DNA from: Takakia lepidozioides
Lineage: Eukaryota; Plantae; Bryophyta
Reading direction: 5' to 3'
NCBI GenBank assembly: GCA_030704615.1
Contig: CM060734.1
Location: 49,600,001 to 49,664,000 of the forward strand
Length of the DNA stretch: 64,000 bases
The translations under genes were made by a program, and so were the position numbers. The notes under the pieces are model-generated. The model saw only the letters and a list, made by a program, of their open reading frames with translations, did not search any database and had not been told where the DNA came from. Below, one piece after another: positions 51,521 to 64,000 of the stretch. The stretch's first letter is position 1; each line of letters begins with the position of its first letter.

Positions 51521-53537
51521 CTGTGAGACCTATGGCAAAATATATACTAAGTTTGTCGCCACTTGTACCCCAGGGAGGCATCTGGGTAAGAGCAAAGCAT
51601 AAATAGAGTAGAAGTTTTCGGGACAAAACAAAGCTCGGAAGGTTAGATAGCTTACAGTCTGTTCCAGTGCTTTCAAGTTCAGAAGCTGCTCAGCTGGTTT
51701 GAAACGTCGCCCAAAGTAGATGTGACGAATCCAGATGATACACATTCCAGTGTCTCGAAAATTCCAATACAACTAACAGAAGCGCCTCTCGAGACCGAAC
51801 CCAAGTTGAATATGAGAACCGAATATAAAAATGGAACGTTCTTAAGAAGTAATTCTCTCTCGCACTTGTGTTGCACTCTGACCGCTTTTCTTGTGGGAGC
51901 GGGTAACCTGTCCATATCCAACACAATACTGTCCTCCTTTCTCTCCTTCTTTCTCTGCCTGATCATTATCTTGCGGGCCTGGCACGGAACCATCTCCAAA
52001 GCAGCCTCTGCTGAGGTTGCGTACTCCGACTATTCCGCTTCAAGAGGTATGGCGCTCCTTTTGGGCAGCTTGTATTCCGTTCTTTCAGAAGTTCCCATGA
52101 GGCCACCGAGATTAGTGTTGGTGATGGTCTTCATGCAAATAGTGTGGAGCCGTCGCCGAAGCAAGCGTATATTCTGGTGTCACTTGACCCTGAAGGGCAC
52201 ATGGACACCTTACACCTTTATGACATCTAACATGGGAACTGAACCGACAGTCTCAGAGATGTGATGGCTGATTATCTCCTGGGACGGCTTTGGTCTGATC
52301 GATGACCTTATGCACCGTCTGTGAGTTGTAGTTAGAGTTGTGGAGAGATCTGTGGTCTCTTAGTTAGATACTCGCTTGGTATTTCATCTGATTTCTCCCG
52401 GCAGTCCAAAGGATCTATGGCTAAGGCGCGGTGGGGACAGAGGTGGCCGCTTGTACCTCACCACCTCCTTAGGGATTATCCATGCTGGCTTTCCATAAAC
52501 TCTCGGAAGGAGATGAGCTGGGGGCTCTTTTCTTGGTATTGGAATGTTGTTTAGATGTGTGGCGTACAGGTGTATGTGCTTTGCTGGTAGAGAGACAGAG
52601 GGATGGAATAGTGTCACGAGTGAGAAGTTAGTGATGAGCGAGACAAATGTGAGAGTCCTTTGAGGGTTGATACATTCTCCTCGCAAAAGACTGCTCTGCA
52701 TGTTACGTCCTCCTGAATTTGCATGCCCTATTGAGGAAAGGAGAATCCTGCCCTCAGCGAAAGAGTTGAAGCATCACAATGTGATAGAAAAAGTCGATGT
52801 CATTCCTTACCAAGATATCCACAACAATTATTCATTGCACAACGGCAGTGGTATGGCATCCTGTGCTTAGGTATGTGGGTCCGTTGAAGACATTTGACAC
52901 TTGTCTTCAGGTATATATCAACTAAGGAAGGTACACCAGGAGAAAAGCACAGATGCCTTGTCTCTCCTTAAGAGGAGCCATTAAATCCCTCTCCTGTTCA
53001 GTGGGGTGTAAGTGCAACGGTTTGAGGAACTCTCCAGTGGTCTATTCTTGGATTTACTAGATAACAATCCCACCTTGCTTCGGAGTCCCTGCTTGCCGAT
53101 TTTGTTGTAAGGTTGAAATGTGGCAAGAGGTGTCAAGAACCACAGGTCACACTCATGAATCACAAAAGAAAGACTAGACAGTAATCTTATGTATGTCTGC
53201 AGTGTCTGAAAAGTTTAGAAAGACATTTGTCATCAATGCAGACCGGCACACATTCCCCACAAATGAATCCCAATCACTACATCCAGCACTCATATAGCAG
53301 ACAGCATCTGTCTGCAACTGAATTTCATAGTCTCTACCATGTGGCAGACCTTAATAAAAACAAAGAAACTAGCTAACATCAGTTTATGCTAATCACTTCA
53401 ATTCAGACAAGCTAAATTAGGCCACAATTGTGGCTAATACTTTAAAGAGGGCAAATTCCTCATCAAAGGAATCATCAATGCTAAGAATGTATACAAAATG
53501 TTCAAAATCAGTAGTACTGCTCCCACCTGTTCAAAAT

Positions 53538-56500
53538 CTATGTTGATAGCACATGTACCTTAATTATATTCCGTCGCCATGTCGCAGTGGTGGGGTCAAG
53601 GCGGAGCTCCCAAGTGGGCCAGTAGTGCAAATCCTGTTTTACAGTAAGAACCCGGGGCTTGCCATTCAAGTGAATTGTCTTCACACGCACAAATGCTCCA
53701 TGTTCCAACTCCAGGGTAACATTGAGGAAGGCTTGGAGATTAGGAGTGGGTCTGCCATTGACTTCTACAATCCACTGTAATGCATACAACCCATACCTGT
53801 GCACTGGACTTCCATGACACCACCTTGCGACGTAGACACCATGACCTTGTGGGGGCAAGAAGCCAAGAGCTCGCACAGCAGAATGCGGGTCCTGCAAGAC
53901 GCAGCCAGCCCAGTTTACCATGCGTGTTGTGCCCAAACCATCACGCTCGTCTATTCCAACCAACACTTCGAACTCCTTTCCTTGGCGGAAGATGGTGATT
54001 TGGAGCGCACCAGGTATTTCACCATTATGCCTGGAGTCACAGGTATTGGCACTAGACCTGGTGCTCTGGCATGCAATCTCTACATCCCGGAAGCACGTAA
54101 TGGGCTGCCCACTGATGGCCAGCAGCATATCACCCTGCTCCAGCACCCCTTCTACTCGTGACCCTGCCAGGCAACCCTTGACGCGCAGCACCTGCCTCCG
54201 CACTGCATCCTTCTTGGCTAATGCCTGCACCCAGTTGTCACTTAGACCAAAGCTCCGGGCCTTGGATAATAATGTGGGGTAGAGTTCAGTTTCCAGAATT
54301 TGAACCAGAGGCATTGATCTCTTTACACCATTGATTAGGAGAGGAGGCCCTCCTGCATGTCCCTTTATAATTGTCTCCAACACCTCGCTGATGGCGTAGA
54401 TGGGAATTCCTCGCACAAACTGATGATCTTCTGGTGAGTTTGTCCCATACTTGACCTGAGTGGAGAAGCTTCCCCAAAGTGCCTGAACCTTTCCAAGCTC
54501 ATCGGCAAGCACCCCTGAGAAAGTGTGGCCAAAGTCTGTATCAAGTTCAATGACCTCCATGTTCATTGCCCGATAGCGAGGGCAATCAGCAGCTCCCACA
54601 TTGAGAGCAGATCCAGGATTGGTAACTACTGACTTGCGTGATGTAGCCTGCAAGCTGCGGCTCAATCCTACAAGATAAACTGCATCACCTCTCCGCAATG
54701 CTGGCTCAGGAAGCAAGACAGCAGCACGCACAGCAGCAGCGCCTGCAGCACCCAAGGCTACAGGATCATAGGCCACCAGGGCAAAATTGTGCACCGGATG
54801 CAAAAACACAACCTCAGCAGGAATCTCCATAGGGTAAGCAGCAAAAGAGAGCATGACATCAGAGACAGCTATAGCAACGGTGTTCCTGTCCACAGCTACC
54901 AGCCCCAGGTCATGTGAGTGATGCACTATCACGCCTGTGCCAAAGAAGTGTTGTGCATGGACACCATCAAGCATCGCTGAGGGTGGTATATGGACCTCCA
55001 TCATGACAAGAGTAGGTTCTATGACGTGCTCAGCCATGGACGAGCTGGTAGCTGGAGCACCTCCACGTTCCTCTCCAGCAGTGCCCAGGGTTCCATGTGT
55101 GCTTGGCCTCACAAGCTCATCATCATCAGCTGGTAGCACAGTTGGTGCTGGCAGCAGCACTCGTTGTCGTTTTGATAAGCCACCCCCTTCAACCTCTGCC
55201 TTACAATTTGGCAGGCTGCTATCCTCCCCTCGCTCCCCATTTGCCTCCCCTCCATCTGACAAGGGTCCTACATCCACATCAAGGCCCCCTACGTTTCCAA
55301 CTGGCAGTGACAAAGGTCCCAAAACCAGCTCCTTCTTGCTATACACAGCCATGGGTGACAAACATGGCAGTGCACAGGGGATGGCGGAGCGCACATCCCA
55401 CAAGCCTGTGGCATCGTTGCGTGTGTAGAGTTGTGGTGATGCATACCATTCATGTCGGTCGATTGTCACCAACACTGACTTGCTTCGATGCCGATCCACA
55501 TGGCTCACAAACTCCAAAGGCACACGCGCACCACGTGAAAGATTGAAGAACACAGAAAGAAAAGTATCTAGATTAATAATCTCCTCCCCAGCCATCTTTT
55601 TTATAATGGCATGTTTTGGCACTCCTGCTCTTGACAGCATGTACCCTGGCTCAGCAACATACACAAGGCCACAGCTAAAGTGAAAATTTCGTGCTTGCTG
55701 ATAGGAAAGAGGGTGAATCACACCACCACTAAGTTCCAGAAAGAGGCTGGGTGTAATAGAGTGGAGGTCTTGCACCTGTAAGGTAACACAGACAGTAGAT
55801 CCACCCCGTTCTAGCTCCAGATCTACGGATTGCCCAACGTTGTCATCGAGCAACATCTCTAAATTCAAGAATTGTGTCACAACCTCACCATTGACACGGA
55901 CGATAATGTCCCCAGGTTCGAGCTGCTTGTGAGCAGGACCTCCAGGCACTGCAGATTCCACAACCAGCATTCCTGTCTCACTGGAAGGAGAGGCCTCTCT
56001 GACCATCTGCTCAGTGTCACGTTTAAGGCCCAAACGCCGTGTTTCATCAAACCCCTTGTGCACAAGGGTCATCTGGAATGTGCCTCGTGGAATATTTGCT
56101 GGTTCCCAACAAGTACCGCAGCAGTCCTTCTTTTCTTGAAGTAATTTGAGAGCTCTCACCACTCGTTCCAAAGGAAGAAAAAAGGCTGAAGCACTTGCTG
56201 ACTTACTGCCCGCATTCAAGGCCACTGCGCGGCCATTGCAGTCAATAACTGGCGACCCGCTTGAACCCCCTTTGGTCCCTGAAGCAGCCTGCATGTAGAA
56301 TGTGTTGAAGTCATTATAACCGTCTTTTTTATAGTGAGGAGCGTCGCGATCCAATCTGGCAAGAGTCCCTGCTAATATTGAGACCTTTTCCCCACTGTCA
56401 TTTCCTACAACACGGATCTCAAGGCCAACAGCTGCAGCCTCTGGCGCAAGTGGGATTTCTTCATAATCCATGAACTGAACTGCATCTGGTTCAAACCATA

Positions 56501-56840
56501 GAAACCCAAAATCATGAACAGGATCACGGTATAGAGGAAAAACAGGAATCTCCTCTCGGTTTACAAACATGGCTTCAGCAACAATTGGTCCAGGCTTGAC
56601 GACATGACGATTGGTGAGGATGATGCCACGCTGCTTGTCAACAATGAAGCCGGTCGCATAACTGGCACCTGCAGCCTCCGTGTCAAAAGCGCGGGTGGCG
56701 GTAGTACGCAGCACCACAACTGCTGGCACAACTTTGCCTAGAGCCTTGCGCCAATTTTCTGAACTCACTGCATTCTCAATGATGGGGGGATCTATTTCCA
56801 TTGTGCCCAGCTTGATCTCATCACTACTTGTGGGCGTCAT
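53538..56840 (-). CDS. DEG7: DEG7/Nma111-type HtrA serine protease, 1100 aa, single coding exon
   Basis: Catalytic triad motifs ILTNRHVV, HDFG and GGSSGSP. PDZ domains, an internal degenerate second protease domain and C-terminal KQDLHYWPTWEL. The 3303-bp ORF is uninterrupted. Confidence 0.96.
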   Translation of the reverse strand: MTPTSSDEIKLGTMEIDPPIIENAVSSENWRKALGKVVPAVVVLRTTATRAFDTEAAGASYATGFIVDKQRGIILTNRHVVKPGPIVAEAMFVNREEIPVFPLYRDPVHDFGFLWFEPDAVQFMDYEEIPLAPEAAAVGLEIRVVGNDSGEKVSILAGTLARLDRDAPHYKKDGYNDFNTFYMQAASGTKGGSSGSPVIDCNGRAVALNAGSKSASASAFFLPLERVVRALKLLQEKKDCCGTCWEPANIPRGTFQMTLVHKGFDETRRLGLKRDTEQMVREASPSSETGMLVVESAVPGGPAHKQLEPGDIIVRVNGEVVTQFLNLEMLLDDNVGQSVDLELERGGSTVCVTLQVQDLHSITPSLFLELSGGVIHPLSYQQARNFHFSCGLVYVAEPGYMLSRAGVPKHAIIKKMAGEEIINLDTFLSVFFNLSRGARVPLEFVSHVDRHRSKSVLVTIDRHEWYASPQLYTRNDATGLWDVRSAIPCALPCLSPMAVYSKKELVLGPLSLPVGNVGGLDVDVGPLSDGGEANGERGEDSSLPNCKAEVEGGGLSKRQRVLLPAPTVLPADDDELVRPSTHGTLGTAGEERGGAPATSSSMAEHVIEPTLVMMEVHIPPSAMLDGVHAQHFFGTGVIVHHSHDLGLVAVDRNTVAIAVSDVMLSFAAYPMEIPAEVVFLHPVHNFALVAYDPVALGAAGAAAVRAAVLLPEPALRRGDAVYLVGLSRSLQATSRKSVVTNPGSALNVGAADCPRYRAMNMEVIELDTDFGHTFSGVLADELGKVQALWGSFSTQVKYGTNSPEDHQFVRGIPIYAISEVLETIIKGHAGGPPLLINGVKRSMPLVQILETELYPTLLSKARSFGLSDNWVQALAKKDAVRRQVLRVKGCLAGSRVEGVLEQGDMLLAISGQPITCFRDVEIACQSTRSSANTCDSRHNGEIPGALQITIFRQGKEFEVLVGIDERDGLGTTRMVNWAGCVLQDPHSAVRALGFLPPQGHGVYVARWCHGSPVHRYGLYALQWIVEVNGRPTPNLQAFLNVTLELEHGAFVRVKTIHLNGKPRVLTVKQDLHYWPTWELRLDPTTATWRRNIIKVHVLST

Positions 56841-59800
56841 TTTGGCACACGCGCTGAAAGGTATTTGATGACAATGAAATCGAAGTGGCTTGTTTGTCTA
56901 CTGTTGCTCCAAAACTCTAGCCTTTGTTTGCCCCTGTTTACTGCATTTGCCAAGATGAGCTCCATCAATCCCCAGGCCTGTCAATTGAACCTTGCCAACT
57001 GAAGAAGAGAGAAGAAAACCCACAACAAATTATAGCAAAGACACTTCATCTAAGCATCTGGCCATGGTAGACATTCAATATCCAGTGAGGAAACAACTTT
57101 CTAGAGACACTTACATCAGCTGACCACGACAGCCATTCAAATTAAATATACACACCTTCGTGACTTACAGGCTCCATAAATTTTGCAAGGAGGCTTACCC
57201 TCACCTCAGTGCTCAAACAATTCAGAGTGCCCCTGATCAGTTGGGATTTGACTCCTTTACCAGGCCACAATCATCACATCCTAGGGAACCATTGAAACCT
57301 GCCAGTACTAGAAAAGTATCCTGGGTCTTTCACTAAACATATCTCAAAGACACACCTAACATTGGCAGCTTTCAGTGGTAAGGCTACTTGGGATTGATTT
57401 CTGGACAGCTTAACATACACCACAGGTAAGTTCAGCCATCAAAGACCACCTCTGAAAAAGAAAGAAATGAGGGTGAAAGAAAATGAAAATAACATAAACT
57501 TTATATAGTCTACAGGGACCCAATGGGATAAAGGAGAACAAGAAAAGGACTTTTAAAAACAACCGCACATGAGCAAGAGGATAGAAACCACAGGAGGCCC
57601 AAAGGACCCAAGGAACATGGAACAGAACAGAACTTTACCATAGAACTACTTCCACACAGTGACAAAAGACAACCATAGAACCAACGAACTATAAGAGGCC
57701 CCATTCTTGTCTCAGGCTTTTAAAATGTTTTTGGACATCCATTCTTCTGGGTTTTCAGTGTAACCGGCTTCTTCTTGGGATGTATCTGACTAGATCAACC
57801 AGCCCCACCCATTGTGTTTCTATTTGTCTAATTGCTGACCCTGCATCTCGAAAGGTTGTAGTCGAGGAAGAGAAAAAGTCTACTGCACCAATGTATAGAT
57901 CCCAGCGGGCCATAGAACAATCAATAGAAATCCAAAGAACAAATAAAACCTACCAATCCACAAACACACAAATTGCAATAGAGAAGGGAAAAGAAACAAA
58001 CTTCATAATGTCAACTCAAAGCACAAAGAGCTTAGGGGAGAACCAACACCTAACAAACAAACAATGAGCCAAAAAAACCCAAAGAGACACTGCCAAAGAG
58101 AGAATATTTTGACAGCATTTCAATAGGTAGTTGACACAGATCATGTGCCAGCATTTCGCAATCCTGAAACTCATATCGACTGATGGGTCTCTGGGTGGAG
58201 AACTTTTCAAGACCACGTTATCCAGCCAACAACACCTGCAAGTTTGGGTTGTCTTGGCTGATCCCCAAATCATCTCAGAAAAGTGGAGCGAAATGCAAGG
58301 AATTTCAAACATAAAGTCCAGAATCTCATTTCAAGCATTCTAAACCCTAACCCTAACTTCTAGGGAGTTTATTAACTTGTAAGCTCCACATAGGGCAAAG
58401 GAAGGTAACCCTAATGCGCTGATCCTCTTTTGAACCTGCATCATGCTTGAAAATCCCTCTGCGCATAATTTGGAGGGGTGCAATGCTCCCCTCCTCTTTG
58501 CCAGATTCGACATCATGCAATCCAATCAGCTCCTACTTCTATAGGGGTGCCAATTCACATCAGAGATAAATATGTCAAAATTTGAGAATGTGTGAAGGTG
58601 TAGAGCTAACAACTAGGCCTAGATGCTTTTCTAAGAGCTTCCAACAATCCATGTGACCTTCCACCTTCCATGTACTCAATTTTGGGGCATGTGCATCAAT
58701 CAGTAGGCCTGCTAATTTCATTCCAGGGCAGCAATCACCTCCTTTCGAATGGGGACTCAAAAGGAAAAAAGAGGACACCCAAGAAGCAGGTGAGAATTGT
58801 GCGGTAAACCCAACATAAAGCAAAAAAATCATGACAACAGGATAGCGAGGAGTAAATCAAACCAGTGTGACGGCAGCACAAGCCACAGGATCAGAAATCA
58901 AAGGAGGGAGCGCTCCACAGACAAAAACCCAGCAGCCTATCTGCACCCAGACTTCCGCCCTCCTCCTTTGCTCTCCTTGTCTTGCGTGTACTTCTCAGCC
59001 GATCCATCTATGCATGCCACTTTCTGCATTGTGAAGAGGAAAGGGAAAAGGGGCACAAGCCAGGATCTCACCGCTCGAGATCCCCCGGAATGATCGCCGC
59101 CACATCCTCAACCCTAAGTCCCGAGCCTTCCACTTGAATATTTCAGTTTCCCAGTCTTAAGCGAATGGTAGTGTCCTGTCTCTGCATCAATGATCCCACC
59201 TAGGCTTCGTTAAAAACTAGAGCTAAGAAGCAGCCAAACTTGCACTTTTTTCGATTTCTTTGTGGCTGAGGCAACGAGTTCTAAACACTAGTCTTCTACA
59301 TCACTACACATTACCAACCCCCGCCATAAGTTAACCAGACGATGAATTGGAGTGAGGGATAGAGAGACAGAGAGCGAGAGAGGGACCCTAGAGGCCAGTT
59401 CTGGGTTTTCAGCCCAACAGAGTACACACTATACTCAAAGTGGACTTGTCATGGCATCGCCACAACCAACAGCTATGCAAATCGTATTCCTCGTATGTAG
59501 AGACTAATATGGACTATGCCAACTCTGGCGATACAGGGATAAAATTGCTATAACATCTCCAGCGTCGGTGACAATCTCACAATGGAACTACGACAGCTTT
59601 CTCACAGCCATCGAGATCACTAGAGGGACAGAAGAAATCGAACTTCGTCTCCACTACTCCGCCAAGACCTCTTCTACAGTAATGATATCTCTCAACAATC
59701 AACAGTCAACAATCACGTACCTCTTCGAACCAGAGCTCCATGTCTGCGATCACTTGAGATCCTCAGTCGCTCACTCCTCAATATCACGTTCGCGTTCACC

Positions 59801-61797
59801 ACTGAGATACCATTGGCCTGGCAGGCGGCGGGAGGGGGCGGTCGGGCGGCCCCGACCCCACGATAGCTTGGGTCACCACGTGCTTTGCATGTGCGCATGT
59901 TTCCGGCAATTGGAACCGAAGACATCCAAATATAGCGATAACGTTCATCCACATCCGTCAATTGTCCTCGATAGGCAAGAAATCACACATCCTGCGCCCA
60001 CCAACTCTCATCTACAGCCAAACTATTTCATCCATAACAGGAAATAGATTTTCCAAGATTCCCCATCTTGATCGATGAATGAAGCCTCATCCGTCGGTCG
60101 TCCGTAACCCGCTAAAATAGTCCGGGAGAATCTCTCAGCCCTGATCTCTAGGGGAATCTCGTCATAAAAGTTTCAATTTTGATCTAATTTGCTAGAATAT
60201 AAATCATGGTACAGGTGGCAGTCTATAGACCGTCTAATGTGGACTAAGGAATTACATAATTATAGAATATAGGCGCATATTTCTAGGGTTCAGTTAGGAG
60301 GTGAACCGAAATCATGGGACCAGCGAGCCGGGTCCACCCCTTGCTTGGCCCGGTAGCTTCTGGGGCCTACCAAGGGACCCGGCGCCCTGTGCCGTTCCGT
60401 AGCCGCCCTGTCCACAGTTTCCTAACCAGGGTTAGGGGACGACCTGGCCCTTCATCCAATCTTGTATAGAAGAGGCATACGGCGGAGTGCAAGGAAATTG
60501 CACGGAGTATTAGGTGAAGTCCTGCAACGAGGGCTTTACGCCATTCAAGATTCAAGATCGAGGGCGGTAACCCGTGGGTGTGGGAATCTCGAATCGCGGA
60601 AAGCCCGAGTGCATACAAGGGCCAGAATTACTGGTCTTTTTATGCGTAATCTGAGATTACGAGCCCAAGCCCATGGGCTCAATGGCGTAACAGGATAAAC
60701 GGGAATTTACTTCAGCATAGATTTGTCAATCATCCTAAGACTCATGTACAAAAAGTATATAGACATCACGATGTTGAAGACCATGTTGACAACACCCAAT
60801 TCCACTGAGGGCCGGAGACTAGTTTTAGTATGGAGCAGGAATAGGGTGTCATTGTGCCACGCCGTCATCGTCATTTTTTAGTTGCCCCAACCAAAAAAAA
60901 GAAAATTCATGAAAATTATTGCTTTCATATGTATTCTTATGTTACATGCTTTCTTTCTTTTGTTTTTTCACATATTCAAATTAAAATATTGCAGCATTTC
61001 TAAAATTAATTATGATAAAACCACCATACATAAACCTTGAATGGTTTGAATGTACTTTTCTTAAGACATGTTGTATTATTTTACTTATTTATTTTTGGTA
61101 AACAGGGGAATTGCAGCCCTGATTAACTTTAGAATAAAATATCGATGGGAGGCGGAGGAGGAGCTCCGCGTTTCGCGGTGTGTGAGCAGGCTGCCAACAT
61201 CTTTCTCTCAAGCTTCCTCGTCCCAGGCCTCGCTACCATCCCTTGCAATCATTTCGTGCATCATCGCCTCGTCCTTCACCGCTTCCCTGGTACTTTAAGA
61301 ATCATTTTGAACCATCATAATCCCGCAACCCTCCACAAACCATCCCCCAAAACCTTCAGCTTTCGCCTCGGCAACCGATGGACAGCTCTCCTTCATCCCA
61401 AGCTCATGTGCCAATGGAAGGTAACTTTCCCCTCTTAATGATGAGCCGCCATGCAACTGCGCCTTTCTTTATCCTCCATGTTTAGCCCCCCGCCATCCAA
61501 TCAAGTCCCCCCCCCCTCTTTCATCTAACTTATGAATGTCGTCAAGCCTTGGCTTCATCCACCAGGCTGCTGCCACCTTCACTAATTACCTACTCATTTG
61601 GTCCCCTCACAGCGCTCGTGAAGCCCCGCTTCCTCCATCTATCAGTGTCCACCTTCGAGTCTTCCCCGGCTTTTTGCATCTAACTTGTTTCCCGTCCCTC
61701 TCCCATTTCCTCTAATCCAGATTGCTCCCACCTTCCCACGATCACCTTCTTTGCTCCAGCTTCACCTGTCATTACTCTCTCCCTTGCTTCTCCATCC

Positions 61798-63021
61798 ATG
61801 GGTCCTCAGCTCAACAGAGTCCTCAAGTCAGCTCCTTCAAGGTCAGGACCTTCTAGACTAGGAGGAATCCATCGCATACAGCCATCAACGGGCACAGGCT
61901 TCTATATGGCACACCGTGCTCAGTCCAGGGGTTTAATCTACCCAGTCCCCTCAAGCTCCAATCTCCCACCCGCTCCTCCATCGGCCCTCGGTTCCACAAT
62001 TCAACCAATTCCAGCTTCGGAGATTGGCAACATAACTAGCCCCAACAGTTCCTCGGGCGCTGGCCCAATGGAGGGATCGCTTGCAAAAGTAGCTGCAATA
62101 CAGAGGGCGCTTAGCAGGGAGCATGATCACCCTCTTGTTGACGTCGAACTCACCTACGTTGACTCGAACGCAGAAGATATCAAAAGAAAAAGGGTGTTGC
62201 TGCACTTCCCTGGCAAGAAGGTTGACAGGAATCACGCGCGGGATTGGGCAATAAAGCATCTAGGGGGTACTAGCGATCTGAACCATTACTTCTGTCAAGC
62301 ACAAGGAAGGGGTTTTTTCTCCATCTTATTGGATTCTCCAAAGGCGGCGGATAAAGCGCTCTCTTTTAATCCCCATCTGCATGGATTCAACATCAATATC
62401 TTCCCATGGTCCAAGGATATGGGCAACAAAAATGGAAACATATGGAATCCAAGGATCCTGACGCTTCCCTACATCCCTGATCACTATCTCTTTAGTCTCC
62501 CGGAGATTGGCAACTACTTTGGGACGTTTCTAGGATGTCTGGCCGTGTTTGATCCCAGCATGTGTACCCGATCCTTGAGAGAACAACAACCATGGAGGGG
62601 CGCCACAATTGCATCAAGGCCTCGTGAAAACGGATTTCCAAAAATTATTGTAATGATGCCTATTGACACAATTCTGCTAGAATTTATCAGGCTGCCCATT
62701 GACAAAATGGGAAATTACTTCTCTGTTGAATTGTCTGAGGATACCTCCTCCATAGCTTGTTGCTACTGCTGGGTTTCAGGGCACCTAAAAGCAGATTGTC
62801 CCAAAGCAAAAAGGAAAAGAGAGAATACTATTCGGCTGGGTGCTGAGCAATCTCATTCTACTCGGAGTCTTCCTCTCATGTCTAACTCGGTCCCTGGCGG
62901 ACGGCAGTCATTAGCTATTTCCTCAGATAAGATCTACAATGCCCCACCTATGGCAACAGACTGCCAGGAAGGAGCTACGGATGCCCAACAAATATCTACC
63001 TCCCCTCCCGCCAGAAAATGA
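61798..63021 (+). mobile_element. LINE (L1-clade) ORF1, 407 aa; the element probably continues past the window end
   Basis: DUF4283-like GRGFFSILL...INIFPW, EIGNYFG, and zinc knuckle CCYCWVSGHLKADCP. Preceded by a C/T-rich 5' UTR. Confidence 0.75.
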
Positions 63022-64000
63022 AGGATTTGTTGGACTCTATGCTGCTTGAAGCCTCTTCGAAATGTGCTATCAGGGAAAACAAGTTCAAGGGGATCATCGA
63101 ATGGGAAATTGAGGCCGCCACAAAGAAGGGAACACTTGACGCCTCCACCTCCAGGATTCTAAAGAGGCAGCCAATCGTCCAGCACACCAGGCCCCTCCCA
63201 TGGCCCTCCGCCATTGCTCACAACCCTGTTATTGCAAAAATCTGCGCGAAACTAAAATCCTTCCCTTCCCTGGCCCTTAGGGGATGCTCACCCCAGGGTT
63301 CGACCCATCGCTGGATCCGGTGGCCACATGCCTCACTCCACTGATCTTCAGAAGGAAGCCAAGCCCGGCTTTCTTGGTTACGGCACCAAACCGCATGCAT
63401 ATGGACTCAATTTGGATCACAACAATGGACGTGCAGAATTTCATAGCAAAATGCCCCATGGACAGCAGTCCAATCCCAGCAATGTGCAACAAAATCAGGG
63501 ACTATTTCCTCTCCTCTTATCCACTTTTCACCTTGGCCTCACCCTCGGTGATTACATGGGGCACCTACGTGAAGGCATTTCCTGGGTTAAGTCATGATCT
63601 CACTCCAAACACCCACATCCTCGCGGTAATGGAAGAAGAACACCTTCGAGGCAATGGCGGCACTACGCCCGGGGTCTGGGCAAAACCCACTCATTTCGAC
63701 GAACCCTGCGCGACTACTAAAACACTGGCAAGAGCATGAGACATTATCCACAATGCTTTCACGATTCTGTATGCAATCTTGGAGACCGAAAGAGATGCAG
63801 AAAATGAAGCAATTGAAAGCAGGCGCCTCTCGGAGACAATCAATCCCACCTACGACCCCTTCGGCTCCACTTCTGCTTCCAGCTCTTCGGAGCTACAGCT
63901 ATCTTAGATTTGCACTCAATGGGCTCCACTCTCTTCCCAGCATTCCTTGCATGCGGACCCCCTTCCACAAGCTTGGCAGACTCAGCTGCCGTCCCCAACT

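Noticed and set aside
53553-56868. Plus-strand ORFs overlapping DEG7
   Set aside because: They are antisense shadows of a long coding frame with no recognisable motifs.

Overview
Eukaryotic nuclear DNA, most likely from a seed-free land plant such as a bryophyte (inferred from PLS-type PPR remnants, a Tcn1-like gypsy gag and a plant-type SEC1 exon structure). The left half (1-34 kb) is a nested transposon field. It holds an old Ty3/gypsy pol remnant, a very young full-length chromovirus (4328-11307, near-identical LTRs, 5-bp TSD), PPR pseudogenes, and a decayed Ty1/copia interrupted by a LINE fragment and a solo LTR. It also holds CACTA derivatives, an inverted LTR pair with a self-priming PBS, and one intact secreted GNA/bulb-type lectin gene. 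The right half holds a 21-exon SEC1/KEULE-like gene with three disabling lesions, a hAT element, a kelch pseudogene, an intronless 1100-aa DEG7/Nma111 protease and an L1 ORF1. The most unusual system is a Dualen/RandI-like LINE family. One fragment carries a 2A-like motif and an APE endonuclease. Another carries a PCIF1/CAPAM-like adenine methyltransferase fold, RNase H, a CCHC knuckle and a restriction-like endonuclease. Its structured 3' RNA end recurs five times in the window. All calls come from manual reading and translation; no database searches were run, and boundaries of decayed elements are approximate.
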